Source: Actinobacteria bacterium UBA2279 (GTDB lineage Bacteria > Actinomycetota > Coriobacteriia > Anaerosomatales > Anaerosomataceae). Taken from it: 32,000 nucleotides of DNA. The stretch covers positions 1 through 32,000 of the forward strand of contig DDWT01000033.1 of the NCBI GenBank assembly GCA_002347365.1, in the 5' to 3' direction. The notes beneath the pieces are model-generated. The model saw nothing but the letters and a program-made list of their open reading frames with translations. It was not told the DNA's origin and made no database searches. Below, in pieces: positions 1 through 6,667 of this stretch (positions are counted from its first letter, which is position 1; each line of letters begins with the position of its first letter). A program made the translations under genes and the position numbers.

Positions 1-152
1 CTCGAACTAGGAACTCAAGCGCATCGAGCCAACTTCGCGAGTCATCGGCTACCAGGGGTGTCATCGGGCGCGGCTCATGTGCAACAACGTTGGCCGCAGT
101 CAGAGCCCGCGAACAAGCAGAGCGCCGGTGAGCCGGTGTCCAGAACGGCCGC

Positions 153-2114
153 ATGCCAGCCCCGATGTGGGCATCCCGCGGCCACCGAAGTGAGGTGGCT
201 TGCGTGTTGCCCATAGACGGCCTGATCGTGGCCCCGCCAGGAGTTCGCCCAGAGGCTTGGGTCAGCGCGCTGTCGTCGGAGTCGGCTCCCTTCGCACTTG
301 CACCCGCCTCCAGCCGGGGGTGGTTCGGGGGGCTGGAGATCGTAGCGTGGGCACCTCGATCCATCGACAGCGGACTCGCGCTCTCAGAGGTGACCGACGG
401 ACTTCTCGACTGTCTTTACGGTCCCGGTCCGTGCCTCGGCGTAGCCCTTTTCCCGTATAGCGGCCCGCGACTATGGGCGTGCTACACGGGCGGGATCGTG
501 CGCACCGTCGAAGGGTGGCGCATCTGGGGCACGGTCGATGCGTCAGACGTGCCTGTGTTGGAATCGCAAGTCGCGGCGACGCTTCCCCGCACCGCGTCAC
601 TCGTGAAGTGCCCGCACACCGACATGACGGACCGCGGGTTCCGCACCAGGGTCCGATCGGTCATCGAGGCGATTCTCGCGGGTGACGTGTACGTCCTCAA
701 TCTGACGCGTCGCATTGCCGGGCAACCATCCGCACCACCGTCTGTCGCGTTCGCTTCGCTGCTGTCCCGATGTGGCGCTGACATGGGCGCATTCTGGGCG
801 ACGCCAGAGTTGACGATCGCTTCGGCTTCGCCGGAACGGTTCGTGCGCATCTCGGGCGACTCGGTGGAGGTATGTCCTATCAAAGGGACGCGGCCGCGTG
901 CGCGAGGCGCTGCGGATCGTGCCATGGCCGATGAGCTGCGCACATCGGAGAAGGAGCGCGCCGAGCATGTCATGATCGTCGATCTGGTCCGCAACGACCT
1001 GGGCCGGGTATGCCGCCCGGGATCGGTGACCGTCGATCCGCTGTTCGAGGTGGTGAGCACTCCCTACTGCCACCAGATGGTGTCCTCGGTGACCGGTTGC
1101 CTGCAACAGTCCGCTCCTCTGTCTGCCGTCCTCGAGTCCACCTTCCCGTGCGGATCCGTCACGGGTGCTCCGAAGATCGCAGCCATGAAGGCGATCAGCG
1201 CCCTGGAGGAATCCCCTCGCGCCGCGTACACGGGAGCCCTGGTCGTCGCGATTCCGGGGGAAATGGACTCCTCGATACTCATCCGAACCGCAGAGTACGC
1301 GGAGGGGCTGGTGCGATGGGGGACGGGCGGCGGAATCACTGTGGATTCGGATGCGGCAGAGGAGTGGCTGGAAACGGAACTGAAGGCCTCGCCGTTTCTG
1401 GGAGATGGCGTGCCTGATGTTGCATTGCGGGAGACGTGTCGCGTCGTCGATGGTGCCGTACCGCTTCTCCTACGGCATCTGGCGCGCCTCGCGGCGGGCG
1501 GCTGTGGGCCGACGACGCTCGCATCCGTCCGTGAATGCATCAAGGACGCGATCGAGTGCCAGCGCACTCCGCTGGAGCGGCTGTCCGTGACCGTCGACTC
1601 TGCTGGTCATGCATGGGCGGAGCTTTCCAGCGTGCCGTCTTCCCTTGACGTCGCTGACGGGGTGATCATCACCCCGGTCGTTTCTGAGACACCCGCCTTA
1701 CCATCGGGCGCGGCGAAGCCGATGGAGCGGGCCTTGTGGGACCGCGCGCAGCGGGAAGCTGCCCGGCTGGGCGCCGACCAGGCGCTGCTCGTCGACACGG
1801 ATGGGCGAATAATCGACGGCGCAACAGCCAGCGTCTGGGTTCGCGTTGGCACGAGGTTGCTCACTCCGCCCGCGCCGCCGGCTGTGGACGGCATCGCTCG
1901 GGGCGTTGTCTTCGATCACGCAACTCAGTGCGGCTATGAGGCCGTGGAGCGCGCTCTGACTCTCGGGGATCTCGAGATGGCCGACGAGGTCTTCATGAGC
2001 AACGCGCTGGCGGGGGTCGTCCCCGTCCGAGGTCGATCAGGACGAGCGGTCAGCGTGCTCGGCGACGTGTTCCTAGCGTTGTTTGCTGCGCGTGAAGAGG
2101 GGCCGACTGCGTGA
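153..2114 (+). CDS. pabB: Fused aminodeoxychorismate synthase component I (PabB) and aminodeoxychorismate lyase (PabC, class IV aminotransferase fold)
   Basis: 653-aa ORF. The N-terminal ~420 aa carry chorismate-binding enzyme motifs (SPERFV, PIKGTRPR, EKERAEHVMIVDLVRNDL, FPCGSVTGAPK, YTGAL, GGGIT). The C-terminal ~230 aa resemble the class IV aminotransferase/ADC lyase fold (AAKPMER Lys region, DGRIIDGATASVWV, LLTPP, VDGIARG, ADEVFMSNALAGVVPV). The start codon is uncertain because there is no clear SD. Confidence 0.8.
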   Translation: MPAPMWASRGHRSEVACVLPIDGLIVAPPGVRPEAWVSALSSESAPFALAPASSRGWFGGLEIVAWAPRSIDSGLALSEVTDGLLDCLYGPGPCLGVALFPYSGPRLWACYTGGIVRTVEGWRIWGTVDASDVPVLESQVAATLPRTASLVKCPHTDMTDRGFRTRVRSVIEAILAGDVYVLNLTRRIAGQPSAPPSVAFASLLSRCGADMGAFWATPELTIASASPERFVRISGDSVEVCPIKGTRPRARGAADRAMADELRTSEKERAEHVMIVDLVRNDLGRVCRPGSVTVDPLFEVVSTPYCHQMVSSVTGCLQQSAPLSAVLESTFPCGSVTGAPKIAAMKAISALEESPRAAYTGALVVAIPGEMDSSILIRTAEYAEGLVRWGTGGGITVDSDAAEEWLETELKASPFLGDGVPDVALRETCRVVDGAVPLLLRHLARLAAGGCGPTTLASVRECIKDAIECQRTPLERLSVTVDSAGHAWAELSSVPSSLDVADGVIITPVVSETPALPSGAAKPMERALWDRAQREAARLGADQALLVDTDGRIIDGATASVWVRVGTRLLTPPAPPAVDGIARGVVFDHATQCGYEAVERALTLGDLEMADEVFMSNALAGVVPVRGRSGRAVSVLGDVFLALFAAREEGPTA

Positions 2115-2211
2115 ATCAGTGACGCGGCTAACCCTGAGAGCGAGCGGACAACGCTTGGCGTTGCCGCGCTGTCCGACGCCCGACAACGTTTGCGCCGTCA
2201 CTTGGTGACAC

Positions 2212-2583
2212 CTACGGCGTGATTCGTACCGGGCCCTTGGCGTGCTGCGGCCCCTCGTCTTTGCGTTCAAGCGCGGCCGAGCGGTAGGAGGCGGGCACCG
2301 CGCGCCCGTTGGACCAATCGACCATCTCGGCGTCACAGCGTGCGCATAAGATGATCTCGCCGATACCCACGATTGAGAGTTGCGTCCCGCGCGAGTACTG
2401 CGTGAGCGCGAGCGGGCGCTTCACCAGGTCGGTGCCGCTGCATGTGGTGCACCGCTCGGGCACATCGTCGCGCGTCCACTCGGTGCCGCAGGCGCCGCAG
2501 GTGATGCGGATGCCCTCCGGCAACTGGTTGCCGCGTAGGTCGTCGGTCTCCCCGCAGCTAGGACATGCGATCTCTCGGGCCAT
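2212..2583 (-). CDS. Small cytoplasmic double zinc-ribbon protein (4 x CxxC), function unknown
   Basis: I trimmed track ORF 2212..2808 to the ATG at 2583 (MAREIACPSCGE...), which is preceded by GAAAGGA. It has four CxxC pairs (CPSC, CGAC, CTTC, CARC) and no hydrophobic segment. G/C-rich third positions support coding. Confidence 0.6.
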   Translation of the reverse strand: MAREIACPSCGETDDLRGNQLPEGIRITCGACGTEWTRDDVPERCTTCSGTDLVKRPLALTQYSRGTQLSIVGIGEIILCARCDAEMVDWSNGRAVPASYRSAALERKDEGPQHAKGPVRITP

Positions 2584-2734
2584 AGTGCGGTCCTTTCGGG
2601 ATTCGGTCTGCTCAGTGTATCCGACCGCGCCGTCGAGCGGATTGGCTGCGCATACACCAGTCCGACCTTCGGGTATAGGCATCTCAAGATGGCGACCCGC
2701 AGAAGAGCTCTGTGGGCAGCCGAGAGGGGGGCAT

Positions 2735-3193
2735 ATGAACGCAACAGGTTGGCTCATGACCGTCGGCAGCATGATACCGGCGCTAGTCGTCATGATCGGC
2801 TGCATCATCTTCGCGGCCCGTGCGAAGTCCTGCGCTTCGTGGGGACTGGTGTTTGCGGCTGTGGGGCAGTTCGTGATGGCGGTGGCGCTGCCGCTCTACC
2901 GTCAGATAGGGATCCGGGCGTTGGTCAGGGCTGCTAGCTTCGATATCATCAACCCGCTGACGATCACTGTTGAGGCTCTATCGATCATCGCAGGACTCCT
3001 TTTCGCGGGGTTCCTGTTGGCTGTGTTGCTCGGCAAGTCACGGGCACCCAAAGCGGCAGCCGTTCCGCAACCACCTTCGGCTCCGAGCGTGCAGCCTGCG
3101 CCGTCGGCTCAGCCTTCTACGCCACCACCTGCGCCTGCAACGAGGCAAGCTTCACCGCCGCCACCACCGCCGCCGCCACCACCGGGCAGCTAG
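2735..3193 (+). CDS. Multi-pass membrane protein with a proline-rich C-terminal tail ending in about 10 consecutive Pro
   Basis: I trimmed track ORF 2309..3193 to the ATG at 2735, with SD-like GAGAGGGGG upstream. The upstream part of the track ORF is antisense to the zinc-ribbon gene. Three to four hydrophobic helices (MIPALVVMIGCIIFAA, WGLVFAAVGQFVMAVALPL, LSIIAGLLFAGFLLAVLL) are followed by a P/A/S-rich tail. Confidence 0.6.
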   Translation: MNATGWLMTVGSMIPALVVMIGCIIFAARAKSCASWGLVFAAVGQFVMAVALPLYRQIGIRALVRAASFDIINPLTITVEALSIIAGLLFAGFLLAVLLGKSRAPKAAAVPQPPSAPSVQPAPSAQPSTPPPAPATRQASPPPPPPPPPPGS

Positions 3194-3501
3194 TCGCCCG
3201 CGCTATCCGCTCTTCCTCCCCGCGGAGCCGCCGGTCGCTCCCGAGTCGTGAACGTGCCTACCGGCTGGACGACCACCGGTACGCCCTCGAGCGTGCGTGG
3301 CAGCGTGGTGGCCGGTGCGTCTGATCCCGCAACACCCACGACGATCACGGGGTTGCCATCCGTATCTTGGCCCAGGCCTACCGATCTCACTGCGGCCGAG
3401 GCCATCAGCGCTTCGGTATAGCGCGCCCGGACACTCACGGCGTGTGCGGCGGGGTCATCCGACGTCGCCGAGTTGCCCAGGACACGTCGGATCCAGCTCA
3501 C
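3190..3501 (-). CDS. Small protein homologous to the N-terminal (prodomain-like) domain of the adjacent serine protease
   Basis: 103-aa ORF with a GTG start that overlaps the protease stop as GTGA (3498..3501). A GGAGG lies 9 nt upstream. Third codon positions are mostly G/C. By eye it aligns to protease residues ~12-83 (VRSVGLGQDTDGNPVIVVGV..LPRTLEGVPVVVQPVGTF versus VVATGVGFKVSDGVRTDEVSIVCSV..VPESLNGIRTDVVATGPF). Confidence 0.55.
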   Translation of the reverse strand: MSWIRRVLGNSATSDDPAAHAVSVRARYTEALMASAAVRSVGLGQDTDGNPVIVVGVAGSDAPATTLPRTLEGVPVVVQPVGTFTTRERPAAPRGGRADSAGD

Positions 3502-4496
3502 CGGATACCGACCTCCAGCGCGGAGAAGACGTTCTCGATCTGGTTGAACAGCGTCGTGCTCTCGCTCCCCGCGAACAGCAAGCCGACGATCCTGTTCCGG
3601 TCATCGAGGACGACCGAGCCGCTGTCGCCACCTTCGCTCATGGGTCCTGCCATCAGCTGATCAGAGAAGCGCGCGACCTTGTCACCGAAGTTGACGTCGG
3701 CGGTGACGTCCACCTGCACGATCTCACCACGGGTGACTTCTGTGGTTCGCCCGCTCTTGACCACAGCTGTTCCCAGCTCCGCGCGGGCGATGCCCTCGAT
3801 GCTACCGAGCTCGAGAATCTTGTCGCTCACATAGGTGACATCAAGGGGTGCGGCCAGCGCACAGTCGACCAGGTTCTCGGCCATCGCCGTGCTGACGGCC
3901 CGCAGCCGTGCATCACTTCCCAGCAGTCTTGCGATCCAGTTCAGCATCGCGGAGGAACCCCGGGCGAATGCGCAGGTGCTCTCCTCCTCGGCCATTCGAA
4001 CCGCAACGTAGTCCGCGAGCACGCCGATCGCATCGGCGGGCAGGCGTCCCCCGTCGTAGGGTCCGGGCTGCAGGATAGGATCGCCAAGCTGGGCGCGGTT
4101 CTCGTTTGCGAGGACGTGGTTGTTGGATAGGATGAACGGCTCGCCGTCGCGATAGACGAGGCAGCCGAGGGTACCGGCGGTGATGTCCCGGTGGCCGATG
4201 CTCGCGCCGCCCGGCGCCGGCCTGTACCGCTCGGAGCGTGCCGCCAATGTCCTGAACGGCCCGGTGGCCACGACATCGGTGCGGATCCCGTTCAGGGACT
4301 CCGGCACGAGTTCGTGCGCCCTGAGCTCGGAGCGAGGAACCTTGTGGGTCACGGAGCACACGATGCTGACCTCGTCCGTACGCACGCCATCGGAGACCTT
4401 GAAGCCTACCCCCGTTGCTACGACGTTCGGGCGGGCGAGCAGCTCGTTGCGTGCTGCTCGTAGAACGGGCCGGATGTCGAGCACCCCGTCAGACAT
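3498..4496 (-). CDS. Chymotrypsin-fold (S1-like) serine protease with no signal peptide
   Basis: 332-aa ORF. Catalytic triad contexts are ILSNNHVLA (His), LVDCALA (Asp) and EGGDSGSVVL (Ser). The N-terminus (MSDGVLDIRPVLRAARNELL) is hydrophilic, with no signal peptide or TM helix. The ATG at 4496 lies 9 nt after the GNAT stop, and the SD GAGGGGGAA spans that stop. Confidence 0.85.
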   Translation of the reverse strand: MSDGVLDIRPVLRAARNELLARPNVVATGVGFKVSDGVRTDEVSIVCSVTHKVPRSELRAHELVPESLNGIRTDVVATGPFRTLAARSERYRPAPGGASIGHRDITAGTLGCLVYRDGEPFILSNNHVLANENRAQLGDPILQPGPYDGGRLPADAIGVLADYVAVRMAEEESTCAFARGSSAMLNWIARLLGSDARLRAVSTAMAENLVDCALAAPLDVTYVSDKILELGSIEGIARAELGTAVVKSGRTTEVTRGEIVQVDVTADVNFGDKVARFSDQLMAGPMSEGGDSGSVVLDDRNRIVGLLFAGSESTTLFNQIENVFSALEVGIR

Positions 4497-4505
4497 GGTT
4501 CCCCC

Positions 4506-5051
4506 TCACTCGGTCGCGCCGTAGAGCCTCTCATACTCTTCCCGAGTCATGTCCATCAGCACCAGGTCGTGGAAGTCGCCGCGCAGGAACAGGTGCTCCC
4601 TGCAGCGTCCCGTGACTGTGAATCCCAGCTTCGCGTACAGGTGCGCTGAACGTTCGTTGCCGTCGATGTAGTTGATCTGCACGGTGTGCAGCCCCAGGGT
4701 GTGAAACGCGTAGCCCAGCACCGCGATGATGGCGTCGGCTCCGTAGCCTTTGCCCTGCGCATCCAGCTCGCCGATCAGGATGCCCAGCTCGCCGTTGCGG
4801 TGCAGCATGTTCACCTTGTGCAGCCCGCAGTTGCCGATGTATCGATCGCCATCGCGCGTGCGGATCTCGAAGACGTGGTCGGCATCGGACGCGTCCACTT
4901 GCGCGTACCACGCGCGTTCCTGCTCTCGGCTCACTGGAACGTGCCCGGAAAGCATCCAGGTGTTGATTGCGGGATCGTTGACCCACGCACGGGCCGTCTC
5001 GGCGTTCTGCGCGTCGATCGGCGTGAGGTAGACCTTCTCCCCGATAAGCAT
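4506..5051 (-). CDS. GNAT family N-acetyltransferase (RimJ/RimL-like)
   Basis: I trimmed to the ATG at 5051 (MLIGEKVYLTPI...), preceded by GAGGAGGA. It has the GNAT acetyl-CoA motif (AQGKGYG) and typical RimJ/RimL-like layout (NDPAI..W, NCGLH, HRNGELGILIG, ERSAHLYAKLGF). Confidence 0.85.
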   Translation of the reverse strand: MLIGEKVYLTPIDAQNAETARAWVNDPAINTWMLSGHVPVSREQERAWYAQVDASDADHVFEIRTRDGDRYIGNCGLHKVNMLHRNGELGILIGELDAQGKGYGADAIIAVLGYAFHTLGLHTVQINYIDGNERSAHLYAKLGFTVTGRCREHLFLRGDFHDLVLMDMTREEYERLYGATE

Positions 5052-5134
5052 CGCGTCCTCCTCGGCAACGGATGCACACGAGGGTGACACAACCGACTCT
5101 CGCAGGGAAGGTTTCTCACATTCATCGCACAGTT

Positions 5135-5150
5135 GAAACGTGCACGAAAC
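5135..5150. promoter_or_regulatory. GAAAC-n6-GAAAC direct repeat, a candidate OmpR-family (GlnR-like) binding site in the glnA/GNAT divergent intergenic region
   Basis: GAAAC occurs at 5135..5139 and 5146..5150, an 11-bp period, with palindromic spacer GTGCAC. An inverted GTTTC lies at 5111..5115 and GTAAC at 5174..5178. A TACAGT -10-like hexamer (5161..5166) lies 10 nt downstream of the second repeat. The site is purely sequence-inferred. Confidence 0.3.
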
Positions 5151-5232
5151 ATTCAGGGTCTACAGTCTCCCTTGTAACACGCGACTGACGGGGTACGGGC
5201 CCCGTGCGGCGGTACTTCGAGGAGGAGTCAGT

Positions 5233-6570
5233 ATGGCACCCAAGTTCGACAAGGAGTACGTGCTCAAGACCGTTGAAGAGCGCGGCATCCGCTTCATCCG
5301 CTTCTGGTTCACCGACGTGCTTGGTCAGCTCAAATCGTTCGCCATCGCGGACACCGAGCTCGAGCTCGCGTTCGAAGAGGGCATGGGCTTCGATGGTTCG
5401 TCCATCGACGGCTTCACCCGCATCCAGGAATCCGACATGATCGCCTTCCCGGACCCCTCCACTTTCAAGATCCTGCCCTGGCGCCCCACCGAGGGCGGCG
5501 TTGCCTCGATGTTCTGCGAGATCATGAAGCCCGACGGTACGCCGTTCGAAGGCGATCCTCGCTACGCTCTCAAGCGCAACCTCAAGAAGGCTGCCGACAT
5601 GGGCTTCACGATGTACGTCGGCCCCGAACTCGAGTTCTTCTACTTCGCTGATGAGAACGGCACCGAGATTCTCGACCGGGGCGGCTACTTCGACCTGACC
5701 CCGCTCGACGTGGCCTCCGACCTCCGTCGCGAGACCGTGCTCACGCTCGAGAAGCTGGGTATCGCTGTCGAGTACTCCCACCACGAGGTTGCTCCCTCAC
5801 AGCACGAGATCGATCTCCGTTACGCCGAGGCCAGCGAGATGGCGGACATCGTCATGACCTATCGCCTCGCTGTCAAAGAGATCGCCTACAAAAGCGGCGT
5901 GTACGCCACCTTCATGCCCAAGCCCATCGCGGGCGAGAACGGTTCCGGTATGCACGTGCACCAGTCTCTGTTCAACAAGGACGGCAATGCGTTCTTCGAC
6001 GCCAACGACCCCGATGGATACAACCTGTCGGCCGTCGGCAAGAGCTACATCGCCGGTCTGCTGAAGTACGCGCCCGAGTTCTGCGCGGTCACCAACCAGT
6101 TCATCAACTCCTACAAGCGTCTCGTTCCCGGCTACGAGGCTCCCGTATACGTCAGCTGGGCGCGTCGCAACCGCTCGGCTCTCGTCCGCGTGCCGATGTA
6201 CAAGCCCGGCAAGGAGAACGCCACCCGCATCGAGCTGCGCTCGCCGGATCCCTCGGCCAACCCGTACCTGGCCTTCGCCGTCATGCTCGGCGCCGGCTTG
6301 AAGGGTATCGAGGAAGGTCTGGAGCTGCGACCCGAGGCCAGCAACAACATCTTCGACATGACCGACGCCGAGCTTGCCGCCGCCGGGATCACCACGCTCC
6401 CGGGTTCGCTGGACGAAGCCATCAAGCTCTTCGAGAATTCGGAAGTCATGAAGGAGATCCTCGGCGACCACATCCACAAGTTCTTCGTGGAGAACAAGAA
6501 GGCCGAAGTCAACGAGTTCCGTCTGGCCGTCACCGAGTGGGAGCTTGACCGCTACCTCTCGATCCTCTAG
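5233..6570 (+). CDS. glnA: Glutamine synthetase type I (GSI-alpha-like, about 445 aa)
   Basis: I trimmed to the ATG at 5233 (MAPKFDKEYVLK...), after GGAGGAG. Canonical GS motifs are present (FTDVLGQLKSF, GFDGSSI, GPELEFF, HHEVAPSQHEID, KPIAGENGSGMHVHQS, SYKRLVPGYEAP, NRSALVRVP, RIELRSPD). The position of the adenylylation Tyr reads NNIFDMT, with no Tyr. Confidence 0.95.
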   Translation: MAPKFDKEYVLKTVEERGIRFIRFWFTDVLGQLKSFAIADTELELAFEEGMGFDGSSIDGFTRIQESDMIAFPDPSTFKILPWRPTEGGVASMFCEIMKPDGTPFEGDPRYALKRNLKKAADMGFTMYVGPELEFFYFADENGTEILDRGGYFDLTPLDVASDLRRETVLTLEKLGIAVEYSHHEVAPSQHEIDLRYAEASEMADIVMTYRLAVKEIAYKSGVYATFMPKPIAGENGSGMHVHQSLFNKDGNAFFDANDPDGYNLSAVGKSYIAGLLKYAPEFCAVTNQFINSYKRLVPGYEAPVYVSWARRNRSALVRVPMYKPGKENATRIELRSPDPSANPYLAFAVMLGAGLKGIEEGLELRPEASNNIFDMTDAELAAAGITTLPGSLDEAIKLFENSEVMKEILGDHIHKFFVENKKAEVNEFRLAVTEWELDRYLSIL

Positions 6571-6604
6571 GACGAGCACCGGTAGTCGCCGGAAAGTCAC
6601 TCAC

Positions 6605-6633
6605 GGCGCCGGGCGGATCTTCCGTCCGGCGCC
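6605..6633 (+). terminator. GC-rich hairpin downstream of glnA, a probable intrinsic terminator
   Basis: GGCGCCGG (6605..6612) pairs with CCGGCGCC (6626..6633). An inner CGGA/TCCG extension surrounds a 3-nt loop. The hairpin is followed by the T-containing tract CTCGTTATT. Confidence 0.55.
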
Positions 6634-6667
6634 GACTCGTTATTGCAGACGCGGAGGCGGTAGAATC

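Noticed and set aside
1-152. A possible 5' end of a leftward gene (ATG on the - strand at 62..64, MTPLVADDSRSWLDALEFLVR...) and a possible promoter for pabBC
   Set aside because: Only about 21 codons are visible. There is no SD, no distinctive motif and mixed third-position composition, so the call cannot be supported from this window.
2309-2734. The N-terminal 142 aa of track ORF 2309..3193
   Set aside because: It is entirely antisense to the better-supported zinc-ribbon gene. The hydrophobic membrane protein begins at an internal ATG (2735) with its own SD.
4506-5051. The GNAT as a TacT/AtaT-type toxin of a toxin-antitoxin pair
   Set aside because: No small RHH/DUF1778-type antitoxin gene lies adjacent. 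The sequence layout looks RimJ/RimL-like rather than like a tRNA-acetylating toxin. The downstream partner is a protease, not an antitoxin.
5797-6600. 267-aa - strand ORF antisense to glnA, and similar antisense ORFs at 5122..5784, 13533..14477, 15000..15782 and 23851..25098
   Set aside because: Each lies wholly opposite a strongly conserved gene (glnA, uvrB, ubiB) and has no SD or domain signature.
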